A stretch of DNA of 32,000 nt, taken from NCBI RefSeq assembly GCF_000196355.1, contig NC_007614.1, positions 3,060,001-3,092,000 of the forward strand, read 5' to 3'. This document shows, piece by piece, positions 17,023 through 27,055 of this stretch. The notes under the pieces were generated by a model that searched no databases, was not told the DNA's origin, and saw nothing but the letters and a program-made list of their open reading frames with translations. The DNA is from Nitrosospira multiformis ATCC 25196. GTDB taxonomy: Bacteria; Pseudomonadota; Gammaproteobacteria; Burkholderiales; Nitrosomonadaceae. The position numbers were made by a program, and so were the translations under genes. Numbering within the stretch: the stretch's first letter is position 1; the number at the start of each line of letters is the position of its first letter.

Positions 17023-20000
17023 TTACCTGAGCGAGAACTCCACGCGATTGCCCGCCTTCTCGCGGTTCGTCCCTGCTTCAACTTTCGGTGAAAGTACGAA
17101 AATTCGAGCATCAGGAATTTTTCCCTGCTGAATCAGCCAGTCCCGTGCACTCACCGCCCGGCTTTCGGCAAGCTCCTGTAGTTCTGCATCCCCCGCGTCG
17201 ATATTGGCAAGCATCAGCTTCTCCATCTCTTCCGCAGGCAGGCTTTTTGACAGGCCGATGAAATTTTTCGGCTTCTCGAACTTGGCATCCTTGTAAACCT
17301 GCTCCAGGTATTTTTCATATTCCTCCGGTGTCACTGTTACATCTTCCAGAGAATCATAAGATTTTCCTTTTTTGATATCCGCTGACAATTTCTCCGCCTT
17401 GATTTTGCGTTCAAGTACACGCCGTTTCAAAGGCTCCGGATCAATCGAAGCGTCGGCATGACCGGTGACCTCGAGATTGAGCGCTGGCCGATCTGTCAGT
17501 GCCTGGGCTAACTTCTGGAGTCTTTCTTCTGCCTCTGGCGGAATCTTTACCTCGCCCGCGGTAAAATTGATCTCCGATAGCTCTTCTCCCCCGAAAAGCG
17601 ATCCGAGCACCGTGAAAGGTGCCGTGGCTGCTTTGGTCAGCAAATTGAGGATTGCTTTGACAATTATGCCTCCCAGGCTGAATTTCGGATCGTTGATGGA
17701 ACCGCTTATAGGGAGACGAATATCTATTTCTCCGCGTCGGTTTTTTAGCAGCGCCAATGCGAGGTTGACCGGAATCGAGACTGCATCCGGACTTTCAATT
17801 TTCTCACCGAAAGTCAATTGATCCAGGAAGATGCTGTTTTCCGCTGTTAATTCGCCGTGTTCAACATGATAGTGGACGTCGACCGATAGTTTGCCTTTCT
17901 CGATTGCGTATCCGATATATTTCCCGGAATAGGGGCTGAACGTAGGCATATCGATACCTTTGGCCGAGGCTGTAATATCAAGGTTGAGTTCTCTGCCGAA
18001 GGCATCGACCGACCCGCTGATTTTCAATGGCGCCGTTTTATCTACCGCGCCCCGAATATCCACTTCCCCGGTTTTCCGGGGATTGAGCGGTCCTATGCGT
18101 CCCGCCAGATCGGTCAAGTAGGCGCGATAGTTGGGCTGAATGAACTGGTCCTGAAAATTGACGTGCCCTCCCTGCATCACGATACGACCTATGCTGATGG
18201 GTAGATTCTTGCGCGGAGGGGGCTGTGAAGGAACGGGCGCAGCTGGCGATATTTCAGGAGATGCGCGCGCCGGTTCCGGCTCGGTTGCCGGCGCAGCAGC
18301 AGCCTGGGAGGGAGAAACTGCTGTTTCCTCCTGCCGCACGATGTATTTGAGATTCAACTCGCCTTGAGGAGTAATGACGACATGGGCAAAAAAGTCAGTA
18401 AGCGTGATCGCAGCGGCATTGATGCTGAGAGGTTCATTGGCAAACTCGATACCCTTGATATCGACACTTCGCCAACGCATGAGGTTGGTGGCGTCCGCCT
18501 TGTCCAGCATGTTGAAATTAGTGAGCCTCCCATCGCCGCGCACCGCCACTTTTAGCGGCGATGCCTTTTCTCCCCGTGCCCGTTCAGGTCGCTCCTGCCC
18601 CTTGCCCCCATCCGCTTTGATCTTGCCGCGGAAGGATAATGCGCCGCGCGAGAACAGCACATTCAACCGGTCTCCAGCCCAGCCTTGCAATGCAACAAGA
18701 TCGACATCCTTGGCATTGACTGCGAGGTCCGCGGCGACCGGTGCCCAGGCAAGGCTACCTTTTGTTTCCAGGCTGCCTGTTTTGTTTACTTCTGCCTTGA
18801 GCTCGAGCTGGGAGGGTGTTGCGCCGCTGAAGTCGATCTGATTGACCGCCAGATCCAGGGTATTGACCACCATGGGAGCTACGTCCGGCAAAGTGGCATC
18901 TTCAAAGCGCAGCGCGGCATCCGCCAGCTTGAAGCTTCCAAGTTTTACCGTCCATGGCTTGCCTGAATCCGCTTTGGGAGAAGGAGGGGTAGAGGATTGC
19001 GATGCCTTTTCCGCCCTGTTTATCGGGGTAATCGGGGTAAAAAGCTTGGCAAGATCGAGCCGGCCATCTTTATGGCGGCGCAATGAGACATTGAAGCGAT
19101 CCAGAGTTGCAGCGCGGAGGCTAACATTCTTCTGGCGGATGTCGACCACGATCTCCTCCAGGGCAAGCTTCGGCAGACTGAGTGTGGGCTCAGCGCTCCC
19201 CTCCGGCGTCACCGCAATTTCCGTCAGGACTATGGCAGCTCGCGAAGACTTCACTGCATTCAGGTTTATTTCAGTCAATTGGACGTTGAATTCGCCCAGT
19301 GTGGCAGCATAGGGCGCCTCCACCGAATGATTCTCGACTTTCAGCTTCTTTAAGGCGGCATTGCCTGTGAGAACCAGGGCAGGCGATTGGCCGTCGACCT
19401 GGGTAAACGTCAACAAGAGTTCGCTGTCAACATACCCGGAGAGAAGGTGAATACCGACTGGAATGGGGGAATACTCATCTATGCGCGTCAGATCGACATC
19501 GCTCAACCTGATCTCAAGGGTCGCTTCACGGTTTGTGGTGAAAGGCCGCAGCTTCCCGGTGAGATTGAACGGGGCACCGTTCACCTTGGCGCTGAAGCGC
19601 GGTTCTACCCATGTTTCCTCCGCACTTTCGAAATTGGCGATGAAAGGCACACCGATTTGAATGTCGGATATCTCCTGCTGACTTTTTTTCACATGGTCGA
19701 CGAATTCGAAGCGGCCGTCTTCAATAACAATATTCCGTACCGAGAACATGCTCTTGCCGCCTTCCTCCTCTTCTCTCGGCCGTTTCATGAAGTCTTCTAT
19801 CAGATCGGTGATATTGAACTGCTGCTGCGCTTCGCGAACGAGACGCATAGCCGGCCCTTTGAGCGAAACCGAACTGATCACGGGCGCACGATGGGCAATA
19901 GAGGCAATACTCAGGTCCAGGTAAAGTTCATCAAAGGAAAAAAGATTCTTGTCTGCGTCTACGCTTGTCTCTTTTTCGCCTATTCGAAAACCACGAATTG

Positions 20001-20220
20001 TCAATTCCAGCGTATAGGGCTGAATGTCGATCGACTGTACAGTAACGGGGCGGTGCAGAACCTCCGATAAAGCTTCTTCCAGCTTTGCCTTGGCATATCC
20101 GGGCAACCAGAAATAGCTGAGCAGACCAAACAGGATAATTATCCCGGCGAAAACGCTCAGACCGATCAGGAAACGGCGATGGCGGATGAAGCGATGCAAG
20201 AACGTTGTGAGGGAAGACAT
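17023..20220 (-). CDS. DUF748 domain-containing (AsmA-like) protein with C-terminal OmpA-like segment
   Basis: 1065 aa: N-terminal TM, repeated AsmA/DUF748-like segments ('SSVSLKGPAMRLVREAQQQFNITDLIEDF', 'LPISIGRIVMQGGHVNFQDQFIQPNYRAYLTDLAGRIG'), C-terminal 'RLQKLAQALTDRPALNLEVTGHAD'. Confidence 0.85.
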   Translation of the reverse strand: MSSLTTFLHRFIRHRRFLIGLSVFAGIIILFGLLSYFWLPGYAKAKLEEALSEVLHRPVTVQSIDIQPYTLELTIRGFRIGEKETSVDADKNLFSFDELYLDLSIASIAHRAPVISSVSLKGPAMRLVREAQQQFNITDLIEDFMKRPREEEEGGKSMFSVRNIVIEDGRFEFVDHVKKSQQEISDIQIGVPFIANFESAEETWVEPRFSAKVNGAPFNLTGKLRPFTTNREATLEIRLSDVDLTRIDEYSPIPVGIHLLSGYVDSELLLTFTQVDGQSPALVLTGNAALKKLKVENHSVEAPYAATLGEFNVQLTEINLNAVKSSRAAIVLTEIAVTPEGSAEPTLSLPKLALEEIVVDIRQKNVSLRAATLDRFNVSLRRHKDGRLDLAKLFTPITPINRAEKASQSSTPPSPKADSGKPWTVKLGSFKLADAALRFEDATLPDVAPMVVNTLDLAVNQIDFSGATPSQLELKAEVNKTGSLETKGSLAWAPVAADLAVNAKDVDLVALQGWAGDRLNVLFSRGALSFRGKIKADGGKGQERPERARGEKASPLKVAVRGDGRLTNFNMLDKADATNLMRWRSVDIKGIEFANEPLSINAAAITLTDFFAHVVITPQGELNLKYIVRQEETAVSPSQAAAAPATEPEPARASPEISPAAPVPSQPPPRKNLPISIGRIVMQGGHVNFQDQFIQPNYRAYLTDLAGRIGPLNPRKTGEVDIRGAVDKTAPLKISGSVDAFGRELNLDITASAKGIDMPTFSPYSGKYIGYAIEKGKLSVDVHYHVEHGELTAENSIFLDQLTFGEKIESPDAVSIPVNLALALLKNRRGEIDIRLPISGSINDPKFSLGGIIVKAILNLLTKAATAPFTVLGSLFGGEELSEINFTAGEVKIPPEAEERLQKLAQALTDRPALNLEVTGHADASIDPEPLKRRVLERKIKAEKLSADIKKGKSYDSLEDVTVTPEEYEKYLEQVYKDAKFEKPKNFIGLSKSLPAEEMEKLMLANIDAGDAELQELAESRAVSARDWLIQQGKIPDARIFVLSPKVEAGTNREKAGNRVEFSLR

Positions 20221-20360
20221 GAATGAGAGTTTTCGGAAAGTAGCTGCCCGGCGCGCAAAAGGGTAAAAGGGTGTAGAGGCTTCAATCTCTCTTGTACATG
20301 AACTTCTTTCTATGCATGACTTTACGCTGCGCAGAAAAACGGGTCAATTCCAACCGGAAG

Positions 20361-20732
20361 TCATCGCGATGAGCGGCGGGGCTGCGGCGGAATGAGGCGG
20401 AAAGTAATGACCACCAGGAGCGCGAACAACACATACGCTACCAGAAATACCCATTCCGGAAGATCATGGAAGAGGACGAGGTGCAGCCAGCGCTCGATGA
20501 AACCTGTTTCGGTTGCCCTTCCACGCAACGCATCTTCCAGCCATGTCAGGGGACATACCACGCCAAGAAGGGACTCGGCGGTAACGTACAGGATAGCGGC
20601 AAGATGGGCAAACCGGAACCTTCGATTTCGTACAAAGCTCGCCCCTATCCAGTTACCCAGCCAGATCAGTGGCAGACCGCCGACGACAAACAGCACGAAC
20701 AGAAAATGAATGACTAGGATGATATCGGCCAT
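20361..20732 (-). CDS. DUF2784 domain-containing membrane protein
   Basis: 123 aa 'MADIILVIHFLFVLFVVGGLPLIWLGNWIGASFVRNRRFRFAHLAAILYVTAESLLGVVCPLTWLEDALRG...', characteristic DUF2784 pattern. Confidence 0.78.
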   Translation of the reverse strand: MADIILVIHFLFVLFVVGGLPLIWLGNWIGASFVRNRRFRFAHLAAILYVTAESLLGVVCPLTWLEDALRGRATETGFIERWLHLVLFHDLPEWVFLVAYVLFALLVVITFRLIPPQPRRSSR

Positions 20733-20863
20733 CTGTCGAGCAGGTTTGTGGATTGATCCGCTCCCCGAAATAACAAAAGAATAAACATATTCTATTAGGT
20801 TATTTCTGGATATTCATGCCTGTCGGTATAGTGTTGCGCTTATAGAAGAGACAGGAATAAGGT

Positions 20864-21841
20864 ATGAAGATTCGCAACCTGGATCTGTCAGGCAACCCGA
20901 TCAATATCGAACATCAGCAATTGGGAATTCCTCCCGTCGAGGAACCTGTCTCCCATCCCGGCACTCACCCGCTCCTTCACGCGGCGGCCTGGTTCGCCGT
21001 GGCAGTGTTGATCTTATTGATCCTTTTTCTGGCCGCTCGTTTTTTTATTTCCAATAACTGGTTCGGGGGCTGGCAGATCATTGGCGAGACCTTGAGCAGC
21101 AGCATTTTCTGGAATGCTGCAATAGTCGGGTTCTTCGCCCAGGTCGTGGATGGCGCTCTGGGAATGGCTTATGGGGTGACAGCTACTACCTTTCTGCTTG
21201 CTTCGGGCGCCACACCCGGGGTTGCCAGCGCGAGCGTCCATATCGCCGAGATTTTTACCACCGGCGTTTCCGGCATTTCGCATGTCAAGTTCGGCAACGT
21301 GAACAAGGATTTGTTCGTCCGGTTGCTCGTGCCCGGCATCCTTGGCAGTATCCTGGGGGCGGTGCTGGTGACGCAGGTCGATGGCGCCCTGTTCAAGCCC
21401 TATGTTTCCGTGTATCTGTTGCTGCTGGGAATCTACATACTGAGCAAAGCGTTCCGGTCTTTGCGTCTGCGCAAGAATCCGCCGAAGCATGTCGGAAAGC
21501 TCGCCCTGTTTGGCGGATTCGTCGATGCGGCAGGCGGGGGGGGATGGGGACCGGTGGTAACCTCCACGCTGGTCAGTACGGGAAACGATCCCCGCACGAC
21601 CATAGGCTCCGTCAATTTCGCCGAATTCTTCCTGACCCTGACCGGCGCCGCAGTTTTCACCTTGCTGATGGAAACCAATACGTGGCCCATCATCGCGGGA
21701 TTGGTCTTCGGTGGTTTGTTCGCCGCGCCGTTTGCGGCAGTTCTATGCAAAAAACTGCACGCGAAGACCCTGCTCATACTGGTGGGTTCCCTGATCATGA
21801 TAACCAGTCTTTATAACGTATACAGGGCGCTCGGGGGCTAG
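20864..21841 (+). CDS. Sulfite exporter TauE/SafE family protein
   Basis: 325 aa multi-TM: 'VGFFAQVVDGALGMAYGVTATTFLLASGATPGVASASVHIAEIFTTGVSGISHVKFGNVNKDLF...' and 'LALFGGFVDAAGGGGWGPVVTSTLV'. Confidence 0.88.
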   Translation: MKIRNLDLSGNPINIEHQQLGIPPVEEPVSHPGTHPLLHAAAWFAVAVLILLILFLAARFFISNNWFGGWQIIGETLSSSIFWNAAIVGFFAQVVDGALGMAYGVTATTFLLASGATPGVASASVHIAEIFTTGVSGISHVKFGNVNKDLFVRLLVPGILGSILGAVLVTQVDGALFKPYVSVYLLLLGIYILSKAFRSLRLRKNPPKHVGKLALFGGFVDAAGGGGWGPVVTSTLVSTGNDPRTTIGSVNFAEFFLTLTGAAVFTLLMETNTWPIIAGLVFGGLFAAPFAAVLCKKLHAKTLLILVGSLIMITSLYNVYRALGG

Positions 21842-21909
21842 GGCAGAAGCTGGGAAATATAATCGAAATGCAATCTTCCACGCCTGCGGGGGATTTTTTC
21901 AGCGGTTTC

Positions 21910-22461
21910 CTAGAGTAAAGGCCCGATCATGGATTCGAGCTTGCTCTCACTCAATCGACCGAGTTTGCTACCGATCATTTTGCCGTTCCGGTCGATCACG
22001 ACGGTAAAAGGCAGTGCACCCTGGATGTTTCCCGCAGCGCCCGCGATCTGCATCGCTTTCATATCGCCCACGAGGACCGGATAATTGATGCCCATTTCCT
22101 TGCTGAATGCTGCCGCCCTTTCTTTCTGATCCACCGCAATACCTATGAAGACCAGTCCCTTATCACGAAATTTGTCCTGAAAGGAGATAAACTCGGGTAT
22201 TTCCTCGCGGCATGGCGCACACCAGCTCGCCCAGAAATTCACCACCATAACTTTTCCCCGCCACTGCGAAACCGGCTGGATATTTCCCTCGAGATCAGGA
22301 AAACTCGCCGCCAGTATCGCTTCGGCGCCTTTGGTAGCGACAGCGGCGTCCGGAGGAGATGCCACATCATTGCTCCCCAACTGGCCGCGCAATAAGACTC
22401 CTGCTGCCACCGCAAGTATGGCAACACCCGTGTACAACAATACCTGTCGCAATTTTGTCAT
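21910..22461 (-). CDS. TlpA/ResA-like thiol:disulfide oxidoreductase
   Basis: 183 aa with N-terminal membrane anchor and 'GKVMVVNFWASWCAPCREEIPEF' CxxC active site. Confidence 0.9.
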   Translation of the reverse strand: MTKLRQVLLYTGVAILAVAAGVLLRGQLGSNDVASPPDAAVATKGAEAILAASFPDLEGNIQPVSQWRGKVMVVNFWASWCAPCREEIPEFISFQDKFRDKGLVFIGIAVDQKERAAAFSKEMGINYPVLVGDMKAMQIAGAAGNIQGALPFTVVIDRNGKMIGSKLGRLSESKLESMIGPLL

Positions 22462-22571
22462 TGTTATTCCTGAGAAAAATAAGCTTCAAATCCTGACCCG
22501 GCCACCGCAACTCACGAGTTCGGTTGCCTGTGCGCACTCCGGATCAATTAAATTACGCTGCTGGGGGAAAG

Positions 22572-24536
22572 CTAGATCAGCACCGCGTTGAGTATCTTCA
22601 GAAAAGCAGGGGTATCCTGATAACCGATGATTTTGACGTTGGGAACTTGACGTCCCTCTTTGTCCATGAAGAGAATAGCCGGCGGCCCGAACAGCTTGAA
22701 GCGCTTGAGAAGCTCCATGTCCTCGGGCGTACCTGCTGTCACATCAACCTGCAGCAGCACAACGTCTTTCAATCGTGCCTGGACAGCTGGGTCGGTAAAG
22801 GTGAAACGCTCCATTTCCTTGCAGGAGACGCACCAGTCTGCATAAAAATCCAGCATTACGTATTTGTTTCTCGACTGGAGGATCTGCTGATTCAGTTCCG
22901 CTACCGACTTTACTCTCTGGAATGGCAAATGCTCGTTTGAGTTGAGACCGTCCTTTTTTGCCCCTTCCATGCCAGCCGCTGAAATATTCAGCTTTGAAAG
23001 AGGTTGCAGAATATCGCGGCTGCCGGAAAACACGCCGACGAGCAACGCGATGCCCGTCAGCAGGGCAATCATGCCTATCCCCTTGAGGAATTTCTGGGGA
23101 CCGGAAGCATCCGGCCGCAGCGGGTCAACCGCATGCAGGTAAATGGCCGACACGATCAGCAGGGCGGCCCATAGCAGCATGTGCACCACAGCAGGAATCA
23201 CCGGGGATATCAGCCATATTGCCACCCCCAGCAGCAATACCCCGAACGACTGCTTGACTCCTTCCATCCATGCACCTGCTTTCGGCAGGAGGGCGCCGGC
23301 GGAGGCGCCCAGCAACAGCAAGGGCAGGCCCATGCCCAGCGCCATGGCAAAGAGCGCCGAGCCTCCGAGCACTACATCCCGTGTCTGGCTGATGTACAGC
23401 AGCGCGCCCGCAAGAGGCGCTGCCACACACGGTCCGACAATCAGTGCGGACAAGGCGCCCATGCCGAATACACTCGTAAGGTGTCCCCCTTTGAGATGTC
23501 CAGCCTCTTCCGAAATCTTGCTCTGGAAAAAGGTGGGGAGCTGCAGCTCATAGAACCCGAACATGGAAAATGCGAGTGTTACAAAGATCAGCGCGAACGC
23601 GCCCAGTACCCAGGCATTCTGCAGGGTCGCCGACAGCATTGCTCCGGAGAGTCCCGCTGCGACCCCGGCGATAGCATAGGTAATGGCCATTCCGAGCACG
23701 TAGGCCAGGGCCAGGATGAATCCGCGCTGCTTGGTAACGTGCTGCCCCCCCTTGGCGATAATGCCGGATAGAATGGGGAACATGGGAAATACACAGGGAG
23801 TAAAGGAGAGGAGCAGGCCGATACCGAAGAAGCCGGTTAGAATCAGCCAGAAGTTGCCGGTCTGGAACATTCTCTCGATTTCCAACGATTCCGTCTCGAT
23901 GGCGGCCGAACCATCCTTCGACTGGAACAACTCGTCAGTTGCATCAAGGCGTTCTCCAGCGGAACCTGTTGCGGCGGATGCATCGGCGCTCATTGCATTG
24001 GCGACCGCTCCGGCCGCTGCCTTTGCAACCGGCAGCGTCAGATCGATTACCTTGCTTATGGGCGCATAGCAGACACCGATGGGCTCGTTGCAACCCTGAT
24101 AAGTGGCAACAAGCGTCAGCTTGTCGCCAGAGGGCGCGGTCCGCTTCAGGGAAATCAATGCTTCAAACGGCTCGTTAAAAACCTCGACCTCCCCAAAGGT
24201 CACATCGCTTTTCATCTCTCCCTGCGGGAGAGAGATGTTTTCGACAGTGGTTCCGGGGGTCTGCGGTTTGAACGCAACCTTATCCTTGTAAAGATAATAG
24301 TTCTTCGCCGGCTCGAACTGCGCCACAAGCGTATTTGCGTCCCGTGCCTTAACCTTCAGCTTGAAAGCCTCGTCAGGGGGCAGCAATTCCTGCTCCTCCT
24401 GATCCTGGCCCAAGGTCGAGCGCAGTTGCTGCAAACCCGAAAGAAATCCGGAAGTTTTTCCTTCTTCCGCAAAGACGCTGGTGCTGAAAAGGCAGAGAAA
24501 CAGCAGGGAATATCGGCTATATCGGTTCAGGGGCAT
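22572..24536 (-). CDS. dsbD: Thiol:disulfide interchange protein DsbD
   Basis: 654 aa: signal peptide, periplasmic alpha domain ('YQGCNEPIGVCYAP'), membrane domain cysteines ('SFTPCVFPMFPILSGI', 'VGPCVAAPLAGALLY') and C-terminal thioredoxin-like 'DFYADWCVSCKEMERFTF'. Confidence 0.95.
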   Translation of the reverse strand: MPLNRYSRYSLLFLCLFSTSVFAEEGKTSGFLSGLQQLRSTLGQDQEEQELLPPDEAFKLKVKARDANTLVAQFEPAKNYYLYKDKVAFKPQTPGTTVENISLPQGEMKSDVTFGEVEVFNEPFEALISLKRTAPSGDKLTLVATYQGCNEPIGVCYAPISKVIDLTLPVAKAAAGAVANAMSADASAATGSAGERLDATDELFQSKDGSAAIETESLEIERMFQTGNFWLILTGFFGIGLLLSFTPCVFPMFPILSGIIAKGGQHVTKQRGFILALAYVLGMAITYAIAGVAAGLSGAMLSATLQNAWVLGAFALIFVTLAFSMFGFYELQLPTFFQSKISEEAGHLKGGHLTSVFGMGALSALIVGPCVAAPLAGALLYISQTRDVVLGGSALFAMALGMGLPLLLLGASAGALLPKAGAWMEGVKQSFGVLLLGVAIWLISPVIPAVVHMLLWAALLIVSAIYLHAVDPLRPDASGPQKFLKGIGMIALLTGIALLVGVFSGSRDILQPLSKLNISAAGMEGAKKDGLNSNEHLPFQRVKSVAELNQQILQSRNKYVMLDFYADWCVSCKEMERFTFTDPAVQARLKDVVLLQVDVTAGTPEDMELLKRFKLFGPPAILFMDKEGRQVPNVKIIGYQDTPAFLKILNAVLI

Positions 24537-24552
24537 GACAACCAGATTCTCT

Positions 24553-24918
24553 TCAATTTTTATCCGGATTCGACGTTTCGCCGGAAATCCAATGCAGATA
24601 TGCGGGCAATCCGCTGCTTATTGGGACAGCAATGATTTCAGGGAGTTCGTAAGGGTGCATGGACTTTATCAGGCGCTCCACTGAAGAATAATGCTGCGCA
24701 ACCGTTTTAATAAAGACCGGTACCTCGACGCCGCTTTCCATTTTGCCTTGCCAGCGGTAGATGGAAGTGCATTCGCTCTGTATGTTGACGCACGCGGCCA
24801 AGCGCTCTTCGATCAGCTTGTGCGCAAGCAAGACCGCCCGCGCCTTGTCGGGAAGGCCGGTAACGACAAGTATGTATCCCGTTTCCGGAGCGGTGTAGGG
24901 TTGGAGCGGTTGGGACAT
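24553..24918 (-). CDS. cutA: Divalent-cation tolerance protein CutA
   Basis: 121 aa 'VVTGLPDKARAVLLAHKLIEERLAACVNIQSECTSIYRWQGKMESGVEVPVFIKT...HPYELPEIIAVPISSGLPAYLHWI'; adjacent to dsbD. Confidence 0.93.
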   Translation of the reverse strand: MSQPLQPYTAPETGYILVVTGLPDKARAVLLAHKLIEERLAACVNIQSECTSIYRWQGKMESGVEVPVFIKTVAQHYSSVERLIKSMHPYELPEIIAVPISSGLPAYLHWISGETSNPDKN

Positions 24919-24964
24919 CTGCTTGCTTCCATCGAAAATGGACCTATTTTACCTGTTTTACGGT

Positions 24965-25873
24965 CTATCCCGCCGCCCCCAGGCACTCCGCAACAGTGGG
25001 ATAGCGCAGATGTACGCGCAACTCCTGCTTGATCCGCATATTGGTCAGTCGTCGCGACTCCTGCATGAATGAGAGCATGCCGGGTGCGATGCGGCCTTCT
25101 GCTTCGGCACGAGGAACGCGCGAAGGCCGCGGCAAAGCAAATCTATCCGCTACGAGATCGAAATATTCGCCCATTTTCAGGTTTGAATCATCGCACGCAT
25201 GGTAAACCCTTCCTGGTCGCGCATATCGGAGCGCAGCAACAACGATGCGCACAAGATCGTCCGCATGAATATGATTGGTATAACCGTCGTCTTCCGACGC
25301 CAGCACTGGCGCCCCCTCACGCAGGCGTGCGAGCGGCAGGCGATCGCCGGCGTAAATCCCGGGTACACGAAGAATCGAAACATTCACACCGTTGCGCAGT
25401 CCCCAATGGCGAACACGCCTTTCCGCATCCGCCCGGCGCACTGCACGTTCCGTCAGAGGATTGATCGCCCGCGTCTCGTTTACCAGAGCTCCCTTGCAAT
25501 CCCCATATACCCCGCTGGTGCTGATGTAGATAAAGCGTTGTGGTAACATTGAGCGCTTCATTTTTGGTCGCCTCGTCAGGGCCGCCAGAAGATGCGCGGT
25601 ACGGGTATCAGTGCGACCGCGCGCGGGAGGCGGAGCAAGATGTAAAACGGCATCTGCCGCACCTGCAAGTTTATCAAGGCTGTCGGGTATGTCGAGATCG
25701 CCGGATACAGGCGTAATCCCTAGCGAACGCAGCGAAGCACATTGCTCGGGCTTCCGGTACAGGCCCAGCAATCGGTAATGCGTTAGCAGCAGGGGAGCCG
25801 CTCGCAGGGCGATATCACCGCAACCGACGATCAAGAGTGTTCGCTTTATCGTTTTCATGTTAGTTACCGACAT
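24965..25873 (-). CDS. NAD(P)-dependent epimerase/SDR-family oxidoreductase (atypical/extended SDR)
   Basis: 302 aa: 'LLIVGCGDIALRAAPLL' nucleotide-binding region, 'FIYISTSGVYGDCKGALVNE', 'VSILRVPGIYAGDRLP' and 'NHIHADDLVRIV'. The start may be the Met at 25858 (MKTIKR...). Confidence 0.82.
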   Translation of the reverse strand: MSVTNMKTIKRTLLIVGCGDIALRAAPLLLTHYRLLGLYRKPEQCASLRSLGITPVSGDLDIPDSLDKLAGAADAVLHLAPPPARGRTDTRTAHLLAALTRRPKMKRSMLPQRFIYISTSGVYGDCKGALVNETRAINPLTERAVRRADAERRVRHWGLRNGVNVSILRVPGIYAGDRLPLARLREGAPVLASEDDGYTNHIHADDLVRIVVAALRYARPGRVYHACDDSNLKMGEYFDLVADRFALPRPSRVPRAEAEGRIAPGMLSFMQESRRLTNMRIKQELRVHLRYPTVAECLGAAG

Positions 25874-25914
25874 TCCATTTTTATTTTTGCTGGCTCATCC
25901 GTAATCGTAATCAG

Positions 25915-26964
25915 ATGTCTCATCAAATTACTATCCAGCCGAGCGGACACAGGTTTTTCGCCCAGCCTGGCGAGACTGTTCTCCAGGCCGCGCTCCGGGA
26001 AGGTTTTCCGCTCCCCTATGGGTGCCGCAATGGCGCTTGCGGGACCTGCAAGGGCAAAATCATACAGGGAACAGTGGATTTCGGCAGCTATAACGAGAAC
26101 GCTCTGACGGAAACGGAAAAACAGGCGGGAATGGCATTGTTTTGCCGGGCCGTACCCCTCTCGGAACTTGTCATTGAATGCCGCGAAATCGGCGCCATAA
26201 AGGACATCAAGATCAAAACCCTTCCATGCCGGGTGCAGAAGCTCGAACGGGTCGCACCCGATGTGATGATCATCTCCCTCAAGCTTCCCACCAACGAACG
26301 GCTGCAATTTCTGGCGGGGCAGTATATCGACATCCTGATGAAAAATGGCAAGCGCCGTAGTTTTTCACTGGCCAACGCGCCCCATGACGATGAGCTGCTT
26401 CAGTTACATGTGCGTAATTATCCGGGCGGCGCGTTCGCCGAGCATGTGTTCATGCAGATGAAAGAGAGGGATATTCTCCGCTTTGAAGGACCGCTCGGCA
26501 CGTTCTTTCTGCGCGAAGACTCGGACAAGCCGATCATCTTTGTCGCCAGCGGCACGGGATTTGCACCGGTCAAGAGCATCCTCGAGGATGTATTTCACGG
26601 GCCCAATCCCCGCGGCCATGAGCGGCAGATCGTGCTCTATTGGGGAAACCGTACCAGAGCTGACCTGTATGCCCCTGAATTGGCAGGAAGCTGGCAACAG
26701 GAACATGACAATTTTACTTTTATTCCTGTGCTGTCGGAGCCGCTACCCTCTGACAACTGGAACGGAAGGACCGGCCTGGTGCATCAGGCTGTGCTGGAGG
26801 ATTTCGACGATCTCAGCGGCTATCAGGTGTATGCGTGCGGCACGCCGCCCATGGTCGAAGCCGCTCACAGGGATTTCACGCGCCTGCGCGGCCTTCCGGA
26901 AGAAGAATTCTTTTCGGATGCATTCATCACTTCAGCCACTTCAGCCAGTCCGCCAAAAGCATGA
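25915..26964 (+). CDS. CDP-6-deoxy-delta-3,4-glucoseen reductase-like 2Fe-2S/FNR flavoprotein
   Basis: 349 aa: plant-type 2Fe-2S 'PYGCRNGACGTCKG...LFCRA', FAD motif 'RRSFSLANAP', NAD motif 'FVASGTGFAPVKSILED' and 'YQVYACGTPPMVEAA'. Confidence 0.87.
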   Translation: MSHQITIQPSGHRFFAQPGETVLQAALREGFPLPYGCRNGACGTCKGKIIQGTVDFGSYNENALTETEKQAGMALFCRAVPLSELVIECREIGAIKDIKIKTLPCRVQKLERVAPDVMIISLKLPTNERLQFLAGQYIDILMKNGKRRSFSLANAPHDDELLQLHVRNYPGGAFAEHVFMQMKERDILRFEGPLGTFFLREDSDKPIIFVASGTGFAPVKSILEDVFHGPNPRGHERQIVLYWGNRTRADLYAPELAGSWQQEHDNFTFIPVLSEPLPSDNWNGRTGLVHQAVLEDFDDLSGYQVYACGTPPMVEAAHRDFTRLRGLPEEEFFSDAFITSATSASPPKA

Positions 26965-27055
26965 TGTTTTCTTCCTTGCGCCCCTCTTCCCAGCTCTGCG
27001 AAACGACATCGGGAATGGAACAGAGTCTGAAGGACTTCCGGCACTACTCCATCCA

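Noticed and set aside
18374-20070. Plus-strand ORFs 18374..18841, 18842..19312 and 19387..20070
   Set aside because: Antisense to the DUF748 gene and without recognisable domains.
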